A stretch of 64,000 nt of DNA from a virus (lineage: Duplodnaviria; Caudoviricetes), in IMG/VR virus record IMGVR_UViG_3300037067_015585, positions 170,377-234,376 of that record; one strand, 5' to 3'. How positions within the stretch are numbered: the stretch's first letter is position 1; every line of letters begins with the position of its first letter. Of the stretch, positions 53,387 to 63,575 are shown one piece after another. Below the pieces are notes generated by a model. That model saw nothing but the letters and a program-made list of their open reading frames with translations, was not told where the DNA came from and searched no databases. The position numbers and the translations under genes are program-made.

Positions 53387-55376
53387 TTTCTTTCCTGGTC
53401 AATCGTCTAAATAAATCGCTCGTATGTCGTCGTTCGCTGTTTGTGCGGTTTTAATTGTATTACGTTGATCCTCTAACCATCTATTGTGGCACAAAACGCT
53501 GCAGTATTGGGTATGACTGAATAGAATTTTTTCTGGATCATTAATTGATTGCAGCATTAAATTGTTGTGGAAATCGGGCGGTGCTGATGATGTTTCGTGT
53601 GTTGGTAGGTTGTCACCAATACGCAGCACTATCCATCTTTCATCTCGTCTTTTGTCGCACGCTGGGCTAGAAGAGTATAATTTACCAGTATTCGCATTAC
53701 GCTCTAAACTCCAAGAGCCATCGATGACACAAACGACGTCTCCAACTTCCATATCGAACCCTCTATTAACAAGCCCAGCATCCGAAGGTCGAATTCGGCT
53801 TTCCGCAGCAAACGGACGTCGCCACAGCACTGTTACAGGATTTAGAGTCTTTCACAGCCATCGATTCCTATGTACACTTGTTGTCGATGTTACTTGGCTA
53901 TGCTGGATGATTAGTCAAAATCGTCAAAACGGTGTTGATCGTCGAAATGATCATATTCTTCCATCATCTGACGCTCTTCCACACGCATCATCAATTCTTC
54001 ATTTGTAAGTGAGAAGTCGGGCACTTCTCCCTTTTCTCGTAATTCTTGGATTTCATCTCCGCTGTCAAAATACTTGGTCGTAGGACCCCAACTGCCATCA
54101 CTTTGAAGATAGCGATTAACGCGGTACCCGTCCGATCCAATATCGTTGGCAGAGCAATACCACTTACCACAACACTCGACAGAAAAGCACTTGCTATTTT
54201 CGGCGATTTGTCTTACGTTTATTTCCACGATTTGTTTTAGCACGACTAATCGGCTTTTTTAATTCTTTCTCTTCGTTATTCTTCTTAAGTGAATCCTTAA
54301 TTCTTTCTAGTGTCTTTCTAAATAGCCATCTACCCCTAGAAGCAGCATAAATAAACGATAGTTTATCCTCTGCACGATAAATATCACTCGATTTGATAAT
54401 ATCGTAACCGTTAAAAATAACTGCTTGAAAACCTCTGCCATTTACGTCGGCGACGTGTCGAACAGCAAGGCTGTGTTGACCAGATAACGCCAATACGTCT
54501 TCGGCGTATACAACGACATTGCCAATAGTGGGTATTTCATCTGGATGGATGTCATCACGCCACATTTCTGTTTGCTTCTTAGCTTGATTTTGTATCATGT
54601 TATTGGTTGGTGTTTGTCGTGCTATGACTAGAGTGATTCATTAAATACTATTAGTAATATGGTGTCAAGTATATAAGTGCATCATGGATTTCAAACGCAA
54701 AAAAGTAAAGGGACAGAGCCAAAAACACCGTAAAATGTGGCTGTCGACAGACAGATATCGAATCGTCTGGAGAGACGAATGTGATGGTATTGCAATACTT
54801 GCAAGATTTCAAGCCTCCGTCAGAATAATGCTGCCAGACGGCCGCGAAATGTGGGATTTTGTATCTAAAAGACATCTGTTCAAAACATTCAATGCCGCAA
54901 AAGAAGCCTGCGAAAAACATTACAGGCTATCAATGAAGAATAAACGATAATCACAATTCATCGCTATCGTTATATTGTTCGATCTTCTCTAAGATGCCAT
55001 CTAAAATTGGGGCTAGGTCACTATCGTCATCAAGCCCTTTGCGATATTCGATCAAGAATTTATCAAGATGCGATTCATTGGCTATTTGTTGTGCTTTTTC
55101 CAAATCGATATGTTCACCACCTTCGCCGGCTGGGATATTGTCTGCCAATGGCCCAATTATTAGTCTTGCACCAGTTAGTCCAGGTGTGATCCAAGCATCA
55201 TACTTATCAGACCACACGGCAATTCTCCTTGCTTGTGACGGGAAATCGTCGATATTTTTTGATGCTATAAATGACATCAAAATCTCAACATAGCCATCCT
55301 CTGTGTTAATTAGGATTGGGATGGCATTACTTGAGTCGATCCCATTTATTCTCATAGGGTCCATTGATTTGCTCAC

Positions 55377-56846
55377 CTAGACGAAACATTTGTTGAATTG
55401 CTGATGCTCTTTTAATACTACTCCCATCATTTCAGTGAGAGTACTACTATAAAGCTCGTCATGCCCAGACAGCCCTATAGCTCCGTGGACGAATTCGTGG
55501 AGAGCATCAGCTACAATCGCCCAACGTCCAGCAGCATTGAACTTTCGACGCTTTGCCATTGAGCGACTACCGCTTTCCTTTTGCTTAACGATTGTGATGG
55601 GGCTGACGTAATAAACATCGCCATATTCTCTATTGCATTCAAATTCCGCAGCACTATCGTCATCAAGAATGAAGCCGACAGAGAATGTTGCCTTGTGCTT
55701 GAAAATCTCGTGCAGCTTGAGTAGGACTTTTGTCCAAATCGTCGTCAGTTTTTGGCTGTATTCACTAAAATCGCTTGGTAAGTAATGAATAGGAATCTCC
55801 ATTCCGGTATTATTCTTGATGACGAATTCGTGCTTGAGCTTTGATTGTTTCGAGATTTCGTGGACCTGCGCTGTTTTAACTGGTGTCAAAAGCACCGCTT
55901 CATCAACTACCGCATTCTCAACTGCGCGATCGACACCAATAACAAATGGGACTGTGGCGTATGCATCAGCAAAAATCTTCATCATCGTTTCGTTCGCTCT
56001 TTCCTGTTGATTTGAAAAGAGCTTGTCGCCACTGTAATGGATATATCGTGGCTCGTCGTTGCGTAGTGCCGACAATTTGTTGATCGTTATGCTGTCAACA
56101 AAAGCATCAAGTTGTCCCTGATACTCCCACTTAAGAGCATCACGATTTGATTGTAAGACTTCCGAGTTCCCAGACTTCAACTCAACAACGATACATCGTC
56201 TGTTGGAGTCAACGTGGCGATAGAACATCGGAATTCCGTTAATTCGAACCACCATCCGATTTTGAATGGTTCTATTCGTGTAAACTGTGCACCATTCAAA
56301 TTCATCGCGTTTTGTGCCCTTGTTGAGTCTGCAATTGTAGTTTTCACCATTGATAGAGACGTGACCACGCCATTGCGACATAGATAAAAACGCTCTAAGA
56401 TTCGCAATAATCGAATTGGTATAATCACCTTCGATTGTGATCCTCGTCAATGTGCCAGGATAACGAATTTCACGCTCTTCAAGCGAGTAATTGCCACCAC
56501 TGCCGACGACGCGAAGATTTCCGGTGAGAATTTCATAATTAAGATGGCAAAAGAGAAGAATGAGTTTGGCGGCACCAAAACCGCCGACTGTTCCTTGGAA
56601 GTCTTTCCCCGATTCTCCGAGTGTCAGCAATTTTCCAACTAATTCCTCCTTGTTCATGGGGTCGCCATCATTCTCCCACATGAAAGAGGTATTACCATCT
56701 TTGCACTCTGTCCACGTCGTGATATTCTTGGAGTTGGGTGCATCCATACTGTTCTGCATGGCTTCTCTTGGCAATGCCCACAACCAATCACGATAATCAT
56801 TGAGTGATTTCTTAAAGAAGTTCGGTCCAATACCAACAGTAGACAT
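55377..56846 (-). CDS. GHKL ATPase with C-terminal HExxH domain
   Basis: REAMQNSMDA, NDGDPM, GGFGAAK, GT; HEFVH...GH. Confidence 0.8.
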   Translation of the reverse strand: MSTVGIGPNFFKKSLNDYRDWLWALPREAMQNSMDAPNSKNITTWTECKDGNTSFMWENDGDPMNKEELVGKLLTLGESGKDFQGTVGGFGAAKLILLFCHLNYEILTGNLRVVGSGGNYSLEEREIRYPGTLTRITIEGDYTNSIIANLRAFLSMSQWRGHVSINGENYNCRLNKGTKRDEFEWCTVYTNRTIQNRMVVRINGIPMFYRHVDSNRRCIVVELKSGNSEVLQSNRDALKWEYQGQLDAFVDSITINKLSALRNDEPRYIHYSGDKLFSNQQERANETMMKIFADAYATVPFVIGVDRAVENAVVDEAVLLTPVKTAQVHEISKQSKLKHEFVIKNNTGMEIPIHYLPSDFSEYSQKLTTIWTKVLLKLHEIFKHKATFSVGFILDDDSAAEFECNREYGDVYYVSPITIVKQKESGSRSMAKRRKFNAAGRWAIVADALHEFVHGAIGLSGHDELYSSTLTEMMGVVLKEHQQFNKCFV

Positions 56847-56892
56847 TATTGTCCTCCTGACTGTTGTAGCACGATTTTACGAGATTATTAAT

Positions 56893-59886
56893 CTATTCGT
56901 CGTCTTCACCATTTTCAGCAGGTGTATAGTCAATAATCATTCCTTTGACATCATTATAATACTTCACTTTATCTGCGTCGTTGCTATAGCCGTATTTGCG
57001 AGCCTCTTCAAGAAGCTTTTCTAATGTCCAGCCATTTATGTTGATTCCTCTCTCAATAACGTGCCCTGCAATATCTTCTATCCAGCTTGGGTACGTTCCG
57101 CCAGGAAAATCGAGACTCTCTTTATAATCGACCCATAGCAAATCGTCTTCATCGACATAATCATTAAGAAATTTTTTGTGTTGATCTTCAAGCCAAGCAT
57201 TCTTAATAAGCTCGTTGGCCTGACGTACGATAGCGTGGATCGGCTTGCTAAGCCTACGTTCTTCAATCTTCGCTTTTTTTACCTTGCTTTCTTCTGTGAC
57301 AGCCGATGCTATGTTGTCTTCAAAAATTGCAATAGCGTGTTCTTTCCATGGCGGGTTGGTAAGATTTAGCAAAAAGCCTCTGTAGCCTAATATCTGGAAC
57401 GTTAGACCATCCTGATTTCTATCCCATTGCACGACCACGCTGGCATATTCAGGATTTTCAGTACGTTTTGTCAGCAGCCGTTTTGTTATGGCCGCGTGAT
57501 ATTGAAGATAATAAAGAATAACCTTTTCTTTGTCTGATATGACTGCCAACGGACGCAACCACGATCTTCGTCCTCTTGTAGATCGCCAATCGATAAATGG
57601 CGAATGCTCGTCTACATTTTGATTTATAAAACATTCATGCAACGCATTTAACACATACTCGGAAGCTTGCTGCTTTTCAGGATCTGTCAAATGCTCTTGC
57701 TGTCTTGCTCCAACTACCCACTCTTTCCATCGTGGATGACCCCAAACTAATTGCCAGCTTTCATGGCGTTTATCAACAACAGACCATTCCTTGAATGATG
57801 TACGGCGTACAAACGCTCCGCAATCAAGTTGCACGATAAATTTACAATCTGCCGTTGCCAACACAGACCCCATTTGCGTATCAGCACACAGTTTCCATCT
57901 TTCTTCTTGAACAAAGATATTCTCATGGTTCTTAAATCGCAAAACCACATAACTGCGATCTGGGCGATAAAAAATTGCAAGCGTTTGATCTTCTTTGAGT
58001 TTTTCAGCAACTTGCTTATGAACCTCAATCAACGATTCGTCATCTAAGAGGTTTCGCCGCCCGAATTCATCGACAATCATCCTCAATGCCTTCGCATCAT
58101 CTGATATTAACGCTCTGTGGACTCGCGTCTTGAATTTCCACCATTTGATTAAAGCGTCAACATTTCTTTCGGCTCTTGCAATTGAGACATTATGAGTCTT
58201 GGCAATTTCGCCAATAAGCAACTGTCTAAATGGTGCTTCTTCTTCGAATTCAGTTTTTTTAATTGCTAATGCCGCTTTAAGAAGTGGGATCATCTTTATG
58301 TAATGATGCCGATTGGTGCGAGATTTGATATAGAATTCAATATCAGCAATCGTAATGCTGTCAATATTGACAATGAAGTCATCGTGTGTGTAGATCTGAA
58401 AACTTACACGCGGGCCATCAGGACTTCTCCACCGATGGTCAGACTTGTACAGAAACTTGAATCCGTCCTCACTAGATTTCTTGTCAATGATATAGATTGT
58501 ACGGTTGTCTGGTGCATACGAGTGTTTTGTGCCTTTTCGCGATTCTATCTCTCGAAACTGTGTGTGATAGCTGTCGAACTCGCCGATAATCCGGCATCCA
58601 ATCTCCAATTCATTATTCACAGCTTGTAGCCATTTATTGAAGTCTGGCCGTCCGTTGCCAAGCAAATTCTCAGCATCATATCGCAGTGTTATGTGTTTCT
58701 GGTTATCGAGATTGCACACATTGATTTGCTCATTTTGTGGCAATGGATGGAATACTTTGGTTCTGTCAACCAATCCTTGAATCAGAATGAGCACCGTATA
58801 GAAACGACGCTTTTTGGCTTCTGCTTTGTCCATCGCCTGCATATATTGTGCAGATCCTGGCGTCAACGGCTCTTTTACGGTTTCGTGTGTGTCCCAGTTG
58901 GTTTTCGTAGTATAAAAGAACGATTCGAATTCGTCCTTTCGTGGTAGCAGCACTTCTTCAACCCAAAGCGTCGTGAAGATTCTGAATAAGTTGTCACCGT
59001 TCCTGATAAGAAGATACAAGCACTTATTCTTTCTATTCAATTCGGCATTGACAAAGGGGTTGTCATCATAGAACTTATTGCTCCTACGTGCCCTTAATGC
59101 CACAACTCCCTTTCTTTCTGGTAACACTTGTTGCAGATGTTCCGGATCACACACCCACTTGTCGAATTCATCGACGTTCTGAAAATCGATTCCGCCACCC
59201 CTCGCTAACTCACCAGCCACAGCAGATTCTTCATCCATAAATAACACCTGCTGCCGAATAACGATTTTTTCGTTTTCGTCGGCTGGCACGCCGGTTTGTA
59301 ATCTGATGATTTCTTCGTCTTGCCCCAAATACGCATTAATCATATAAATCGCTTCTTGGGCGATTTCGATTTGTTTTGTGAGAAGCTCCGTTTTCGATTT
59401 CAATATTAACTCTTGCTCTTTGATAAGAGTTTGCAATGCTGAATATCGTTTTGCTATTTGGTTCTTCGTTATCGCGAAGACCGTCTTCACTTTTTTCAGA
59501 TTCTTAGCAGCAACCGCAGGATTAGCACGACTTGCCATTGCAACCAGTTCTGTGCTTGTCGGTTTGGCTGGTCGAGAATCGTCACCCAATAATTTCGGCG
59601 TCTTGGATGACTCAATGAGATTGTCTTGCCTATTTCCAACGTCATGCAGACCAGACATTAGGTTGATCATTTCACGCTGCCGCTCTTCGACTCCTTCTGG
59701 TGCGTATTCGAAATGATCTAGAAATGCTTCAAGCGAGAACACCCAAGTGCTTTCGCCTTTGACAAGCGATACTTCGTCTCCCTCAATTTCCATAAGATAC
59801 CACAGATCGCCGACAACGCATTTATCGGCATCTCTGTCGTCTTCTTTGCTCAATTCTTCGACGAGTCTATAATAACCTTGTTCCAT
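56893..59886 (-). CDS. Large hypothetical protein (997 aa) with N-terminal coiled coil
   Basis: Long ORF; no catalytic motif recognised. Confidence 0.7.
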   Translation of the reverse strand: MEQGYYRLVEELSKEDDRDADKCVVGDLWYLMEIEGDEVSLVKGESTWVFSLEAFLDHFEYAPEGVEERQREMINLMSGLHDVGNRQDNLIESSKTPKLLGDDSRPAKPTSTELVAMASRANPAVAAKNLKKVKTVFAITKNQIAKRYSALQTLIKEQELILKSKTELLTKQIEIAQEAIYMINAYLGQDEEIIRLQTGVPADENEKIVIRQQVLFMDEESAVAGELARGGGIDFQNVDEFDKWVCDPEHLQQVLPERKGVVALRARRSNKFYDDNPFVNAELNRKNKCLYLLIRNGDNLFRIFTTLWVEEVLLPRKDEFESFFYTTKTNWDTHETVKEPLTPGSAQYMQAMDKAEAKKRRFYTVLILIQGLVDRTKVFHPLPQNEQINVCNLDNQKHITLRYDAENLLGNGRPDFNKWLQAVNNELEIGCRIIGEFDSYHTQFREIESRKGTKHSYAPDNRTIYIIDKKSSEDGFKFLYKSDHRWRSPDGPRVSFQIYTHDDFIVNIDSITIADIEFYIKSRTNRHHYIKMIPLLKAALAIKKTEFEEEAPFRQLLIGEIAKTHNVSIARAERNVDALIKWWKFKTRVHRALISDDAKALRMIVDEFGRRNLLDDESLIEVHKQVAEKLKEDQTLAIFYRPDRSYVVLRFKNHENIFVQEERWKLCADTQMGSVLATADCKFIVQLDCGAFVRRTSFKEWSVVDKRHESWQLVWGHPRWKEWVVGARQQEHLTDPEKQQASEYVLNALHECFINQNVDEHSPFIDWRSTRGRRSWLRPLAVISDKEKVILYYLQYHAAITKRLLTKRTENPEYASVVVQWDRNQDGLTFQILGYRGFLLNLTNPPWKEHAIAIFEDNIASAVTEESKVKKAKIEERRLSKPIHAIVRQANELIKNAWLEDQHKKFLNDYVDEDDLLWVDYKESLDFPGGTYPSWIEDIAGHVIERGININGWTLEKLLEEARKYGYSNDADKVKYYNDVKGMIIDYTPAENGEDDE

Positions 59887-60117
59887 ATTATCGTGTGTAA
59901 GATATGAGTGCGCTGGTGTTTGAATCTATTTGTTCTTTGGGACGCAGTGTTATATCGATCCCACCATACGGTATCTTACCAAGTCCACAAATACGCAGGA
60001 TGCTGCACGTTTTGTAGACTTTGAGTGTTTCTGGATCGGATGTGTGGAAGTAAATAACTCCACGTTCGCGATCGATCTCTAAAACGCCTGGGATTTGCAT
60101 AATGTCTCCTCTGAAAT

Positions 60118-60171
60118 ATTGTAGCACGAATTTATTCTACAATTAATTAACAGACAGATTCGTGCTACAAT
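60118..60171. promoter_or_regulatory. Divergent pair of class A promoters
   Basis: TCGTGCTACAAT on both strands (60118-60129 minus, 60160-60171 plus). Confidence 0.7.
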
Positions 60172-60176
60172 AAGAT

Positions 60177-60557
60177 ATGGAAGAAGAAATATATACCTAT
60201 TTTATATGCGATAGATGTAGATCGTTTTCGGACCACCAAAAGGTTTGGTGTCCGTCTTGTGGCCAGAAACTACGCTACGAGAAAGACAGGAGAAGCGAAC
60301 TAGAAGCAAAGGGGTTTGAAAGCACATACGATCTTGCTTTTTATAAGCGTGAGGGTGGTAGATTTGAGGCGTTTATAAGAACTCCCAAGACATTCATTGG
60401 GGCTATCAACACGGAAGCTGAATGTACTCTACATATCATAGTCCGGGCGTCACGGAAGAGTGAAGCCATAGAAAAGGCCAGTAAATATGGTAGAATAAAC
60501 AACATCCATGCCCTACGCATTGATGATAATGGTAGGGGCGGACCTGAACTAACTTAA
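60177..60557 (+). CDS. Zn-ribbon hypothetical protein
   Basis: CDRC...CPSCG. Confidence 0.55.
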   Translation: MEEEIYTYFICDRCRSFSDHQKVWCPSCGQKLRYEKDRRSELEAKGFESTYDLAFYKREGGRFEAFIRTPKTFIGAINTEAECTLHIIVRASRKSEAIEKASKYGRINNIHALRIDDNGRGGPELT

Positions 60558-61945
60558 TTGTTGTTCGATTCCATCATCGCAACAAACTTCAAGAAATTCT
60601 CGGACCAACCAGAAATTTCAGCTGTCCAGATTCCCTGATAATTGACGCCATGTGATTCAGATGAGACGTCGATAATGTAGTTTCTTTGGCCGTGCGGTCT
60701 CGGCTGTCCTCTTCCAGGTAAATCACAATCTTGTGAATCACTGAAAATAAGCAACCGATCCGGCGATTCAATCTTATCGCGAATATAGTCACACACCTGA
60801 CGTGTAAAAATTCCACCGCCACCCATATTATCATATGCATCCGTGATATGATCGGCGAGCGAGAATCCACGTGTTGCTTCAACTTTTCTTGTGGCGTGCT
60901 TTCGTTGGTGATCGCTACCAGCAGTCACATAAACAGAAACGTGATCGCAGCACTCTGCCGCAAGCACGGCCATTGAAGCCGCCGCATCAATTCGAGTGAA
61001 CTCTGATTTGCTCGACAGATTGCTGTGCATCGATCCAGACACATCGATAACTAGTGTCGTGAATCCGGCAAGTCTCGGCCATGATTTCGCACACCGATAC
61101 ATCAAATCCTCGATTTCACGTGTCCAATCAGGAGCATATTTGCGAGCTTTAAGAAAATCGATCGGTAATAACATATCTGATTTGCACGTGTCGAATGCTT
61201 TCGCCATCGACGAACGTGAAATCTTTACTTCCTGCATATTTCGCAGATTTTTCAAAAATACGTATGCTGGCAGTTTACCTTCATCAATCAATCGCTCCCA
61301 TACTCCACGCTTTTCATCGGTGTTCTTCGCCGCCGACATACCGACTTCCCAAGTATCAGGAGTAGCCAATTCATTGTACAACAGTTTCTTATATAATGAA
61401 TTGCGATCGCCTGCCGGTTTCGCATGTACGAGACGCATAGCATCACGAAGCTTGATGTCTTTATCCATCTGCTTGTATTTAGCAAGCTGATACTCATCAA
61501 ACTTATCGAACGCAGCCGCCAAACCTCTCTTTACGGCTGCTGGCAATGATTTCTTTTTATCATTGTCGGACCAATAAAGAGATATAAATTCAGTTATCTC
61601 ATCTGGACGCTTACAGATCTTGGTCAGCGTCTCAGCGACACCGGGCATGTGATTGCGAGCCATTTCACGAACGATCAACAGCGGAACATGCCGTAGTTTC
61701 TGATCGTATCTGGCCTCAATAGCAATATCGGCAACATTCGGAACCAACGGCACCAAACTCTTGATCTTATTGACGACTTCTTGGCCATCGCAATATGCGT
61801 TTTTCTCCCACAAGAGGCAAGACATAACAAGGCGACGAAGAGTAGCCTCGTCTCCCTGTTTGGCTGCTCTCGGGCCATATCCACCAGCAAGGTGCTTGTC
61901 AGCGTAAACGTGTGATTTCTTAGTCTTTTTGTTTGTCGTCGCCAT
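60554..61945 (-). CDS. Ro60/Rsr TROVE-domain RNA-binding protein
   Basis: SCLLWE, LRHVP, FDEYQLAKY, TPDTWE, KNLRN, vWA DVSGSM, SDSQ, GWSE. Confidence 0.92.
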   Translation of the reverse strand: MATTNKKTKKSHVYADKHLAGGYGPRAAKQGDEATLRRLVMSCLLWEKNAYCDGQEVVNKIKSLVPLVPNVADIAIEARYDQKLRHVPLLIVREMARNHMPGVAETLTKICKRPDEITEFISLYWSDNDKKKSLPAAVKRGLAAAFDKFDEYQLAKYKQMDKDIKLRDAMRLVHAKPAGDRNSLYKKLLYNELATPDTWEVGMSAAKNTDEKRGVWERLIDEGKLPAYVFLKNLRNMQEVKISRSSMAKAFDTCKSDMLLPIDFLKARKYAPDWTREIEDLMYRCAKSWPRLAGFTTLVIDVSGSMHSNLSSKSEFTRIDAAASMAVLAAECCDHVSVYVTAGSDHQRKHATRKVEATRGFSLADHITDAYDNMGGGGIFTRQVCDYIRDKIESPDRLLIFSDSQDCDLPGRGQPRPHGQRNYIIDVSSESHGVNYQGIWTAEISGWSENFLKFVAMMESNNN

Positions 61946-62243
61946 AATCGTCACCCAGCAGTTTCTTATCAAACCAAACTGGCCAATTAGTTTTTAGGAG
62001 ATCCTCTTTGATCTCCTCGGTTACTAAAATGTCTTGAAATTTTACTAGCGGATTAACGTGATAAAATAAATCACGCATCAGAGAACAAACACCAGTTGCT
62101 CTATATCTCCATCCAATTATTTCTTCTGGCATACCCTCTCTAGTCAGTGAACATGCTATACACAGAGCGATCTCTTCAAGGAAGTAATTCCTTAGTTTCT
62201 CACTGTCCGCTAAGAATTCTCTGGATTTCATAATTGCAACCAT
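61920..62243 (-). CDS. Hypothetical protein between the Y RNAs and Ro60
   Basis: ORF overlapping the Ro60 start. Confidence 0.5.
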   Translation of the reverse strand: MVAIMKSREFLADSEKLRNYFLEEIALCIACSLTREGMPEEIIGWRYRATGVCSLMRDLFYHVNPLVKFQDILVTEEIKEDLLKTNWPVWFDKKLLGDDYGDDKQKD

Positions 62244-62252
62244 CTAATATAG

Positions 62253-62357
62253 AGGCGGTTACAGCGGGAAAAGTCTCACACAGTCCTTAATACTGAGTCC
62301 CTTTTTGAGAGGGGCTGTTTCGAAGTATCTGTGCGATGCGCCACACTGTAACCGCCT
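62253..62357 (-). ncRNA. Y-RNA-like RNA lacking the tRNA module
   Basis: Terminal stem AGGCGGTTACAG/CTGTAACCGCCT; shares GTGGCG, TACTTCG and TTTTCCCGC motifs with its neighbours. Confidence 0.65.
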
Positions 62358-62367
62358 TATATTAAAA

Positions 62368-62506
62368 GTGTTGCGGGAAAAAGCGAAACGGGCTATTTTA
62401 AGCGCTCTGCCAACTGAGCTACACCCGAATTGCTCGGATGGTTGGACTCGGACCAACGACCTCTCGCTCCAATTGCGAAGTAACCCATCTCTGCGCCACG
62501 CAACAC
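62368..62506 (-). ncRNA. YrlA-like Y RNA (permuted tRNA mimic), copy 1
   Basis: Terminal stem enclosing a T arm (GTTGG-TCCGAGT-CCAAC), a closed acceptor-like stem and a D arm (TAGCTCAGTTGGCAGAGC). Confidence 0.85.
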
Positions 62507-62572
62507 AGTTTTATAGGGATATGATTCGCTGTAAGTCAAAAGCCTGCAGGTTCACATATCCTTTTATTTTTA

Positions 62573-62715
62573 AAGTTGCTGCGGGAAAAAGCGAAGTAGG
62601 TAACGTTAGCGCTCTGCCAACTGAGCTACACCCGATTGCTCGGATGGCTGGACTCGGACCAGCGACCTCTCGATTAGCATTCGAAGTAACCCACTTCTAC
62701 GCCACGCAGCAACTT
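62573..62715 (-). ncRNA. YrlA-like Y RNA, copy 2
   Basis: Paralog of copy 1 with a different terminal stem; class-B motif about 10 nt upstream. Confidence 0.85.
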
Positions 62716-62742
62716 ATAAAATACATATTGAATTATCCCCAC

Positions 62743-62994
62743 TTAACATACACCGTGGCATTTAGGGCCCGGCATTTCTGCCAAAACTATGCCGTCATCG
62801 TGAGCAAAACCACTATGGAGTTCACTTTTACTTGCACCAACGCGGTCCACGACACTCAACTGATCGCCAGCGGTCATAAGCTCAAGTCGCTCTGGACACG
62901 CTTCCAGGCACCGCTTCAAACGGTAAACCCATAGACGTTCTTCTCGCGTAAGAGGAGGAACTTTTAATTCGGAAGGTTTAATAATTTTAAACAC
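62743..62994 (-). CDS. Hypothetical protein
   Basis: ORF in a minus-strand run. Confidence 0.5.
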   Translation of the reverse strand: MFKIIKPSELKVPPLTREERLWVYRLKRCLEACPERLELMTAGDQLSVVDRVGASKSELHSGFAHDDGIVLAEMPGPKCHGVC

Positions 62995-63006
62995 GATATC
63001 CCCATA

Positions 63007-63522
63007 TTACATAATGATCGGTGGACGTTGTATAACATCTGTCCTTGAACTGTGTTCTGTCGTACGCATCTGCCGATCTAGTTCAGTCATATTCGCGTGC
63101 AACATCTCCATTTGTGCAGCCATGAATTTGCCCTCGCGATCGTTGACCTTCGCCGACTTATCGTTACTGAGGCACATCAATGATTGGAGGTTGGCTTTAT
63201 GTTGGTGCTTTGCACGTTTTATACGCTTCTTCGATACCAGATAGATCTGTTCGTGCTCGGTCATCATCCTAAGACCAACGTCGCGATATGACCAAAGTTG
63301 AATACCACGTTCGTCTTGCATTCTCTGGACAAACCGCTTCATGATATAGCCACCATTTGCAGTATTGTTCTGGTAGGCTAATTCCGTGCGGCTAAATCCG
63401 CTCACACTCTCCAATTCTTCCCACGTCAGAATATCGCCACGGCATTTCGGCACAGCGAATTGCATAAGTCGATCGACTGCTGCTTGTGATGCTGGGTTAA
63501 ATTCAAATGCTCGTCTAATCAT
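63007..63522 (-). CDS. Hypothetical protein directly downstream of GGY-NN array 2 (candidate accessory factor)
   Basis: GAGGA RBS; winged-helix-like pattern GDILTWEELE...GIQLWSYRDVGLRM followed by a helical tail. Confidence 0.6.
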   Translation of the reverse strand: MIRRAFEFNPASQAAVDRLMQFAVPKCRGDILTWEELESVSGFSRTELAYQNNTANGGYIMKRFVQRMQDERGIQLWSYRDVGLRMMTEHEQIYLVSKKRIKRAKHQHKANLQSLMCLSNDKSAKVNDREGKFMAAQMEMLHANMTELDRQMRTTEHSSRTDVIQRPPIIM

Positions 63523-63575
63523 AATGTCCTCTTTGTAATGATGATTGAATTATACCAGATTGTAGCATGAAAACA

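Noticed and set aside
62259-62934. ORFs 62259-62456 and 62305-62934, or ordinary tRNA genes here
   Set aside because: The region is explained by Y-RNA-like structures; the T arm precedes the D arm and there is no anticodon arm in canonical order
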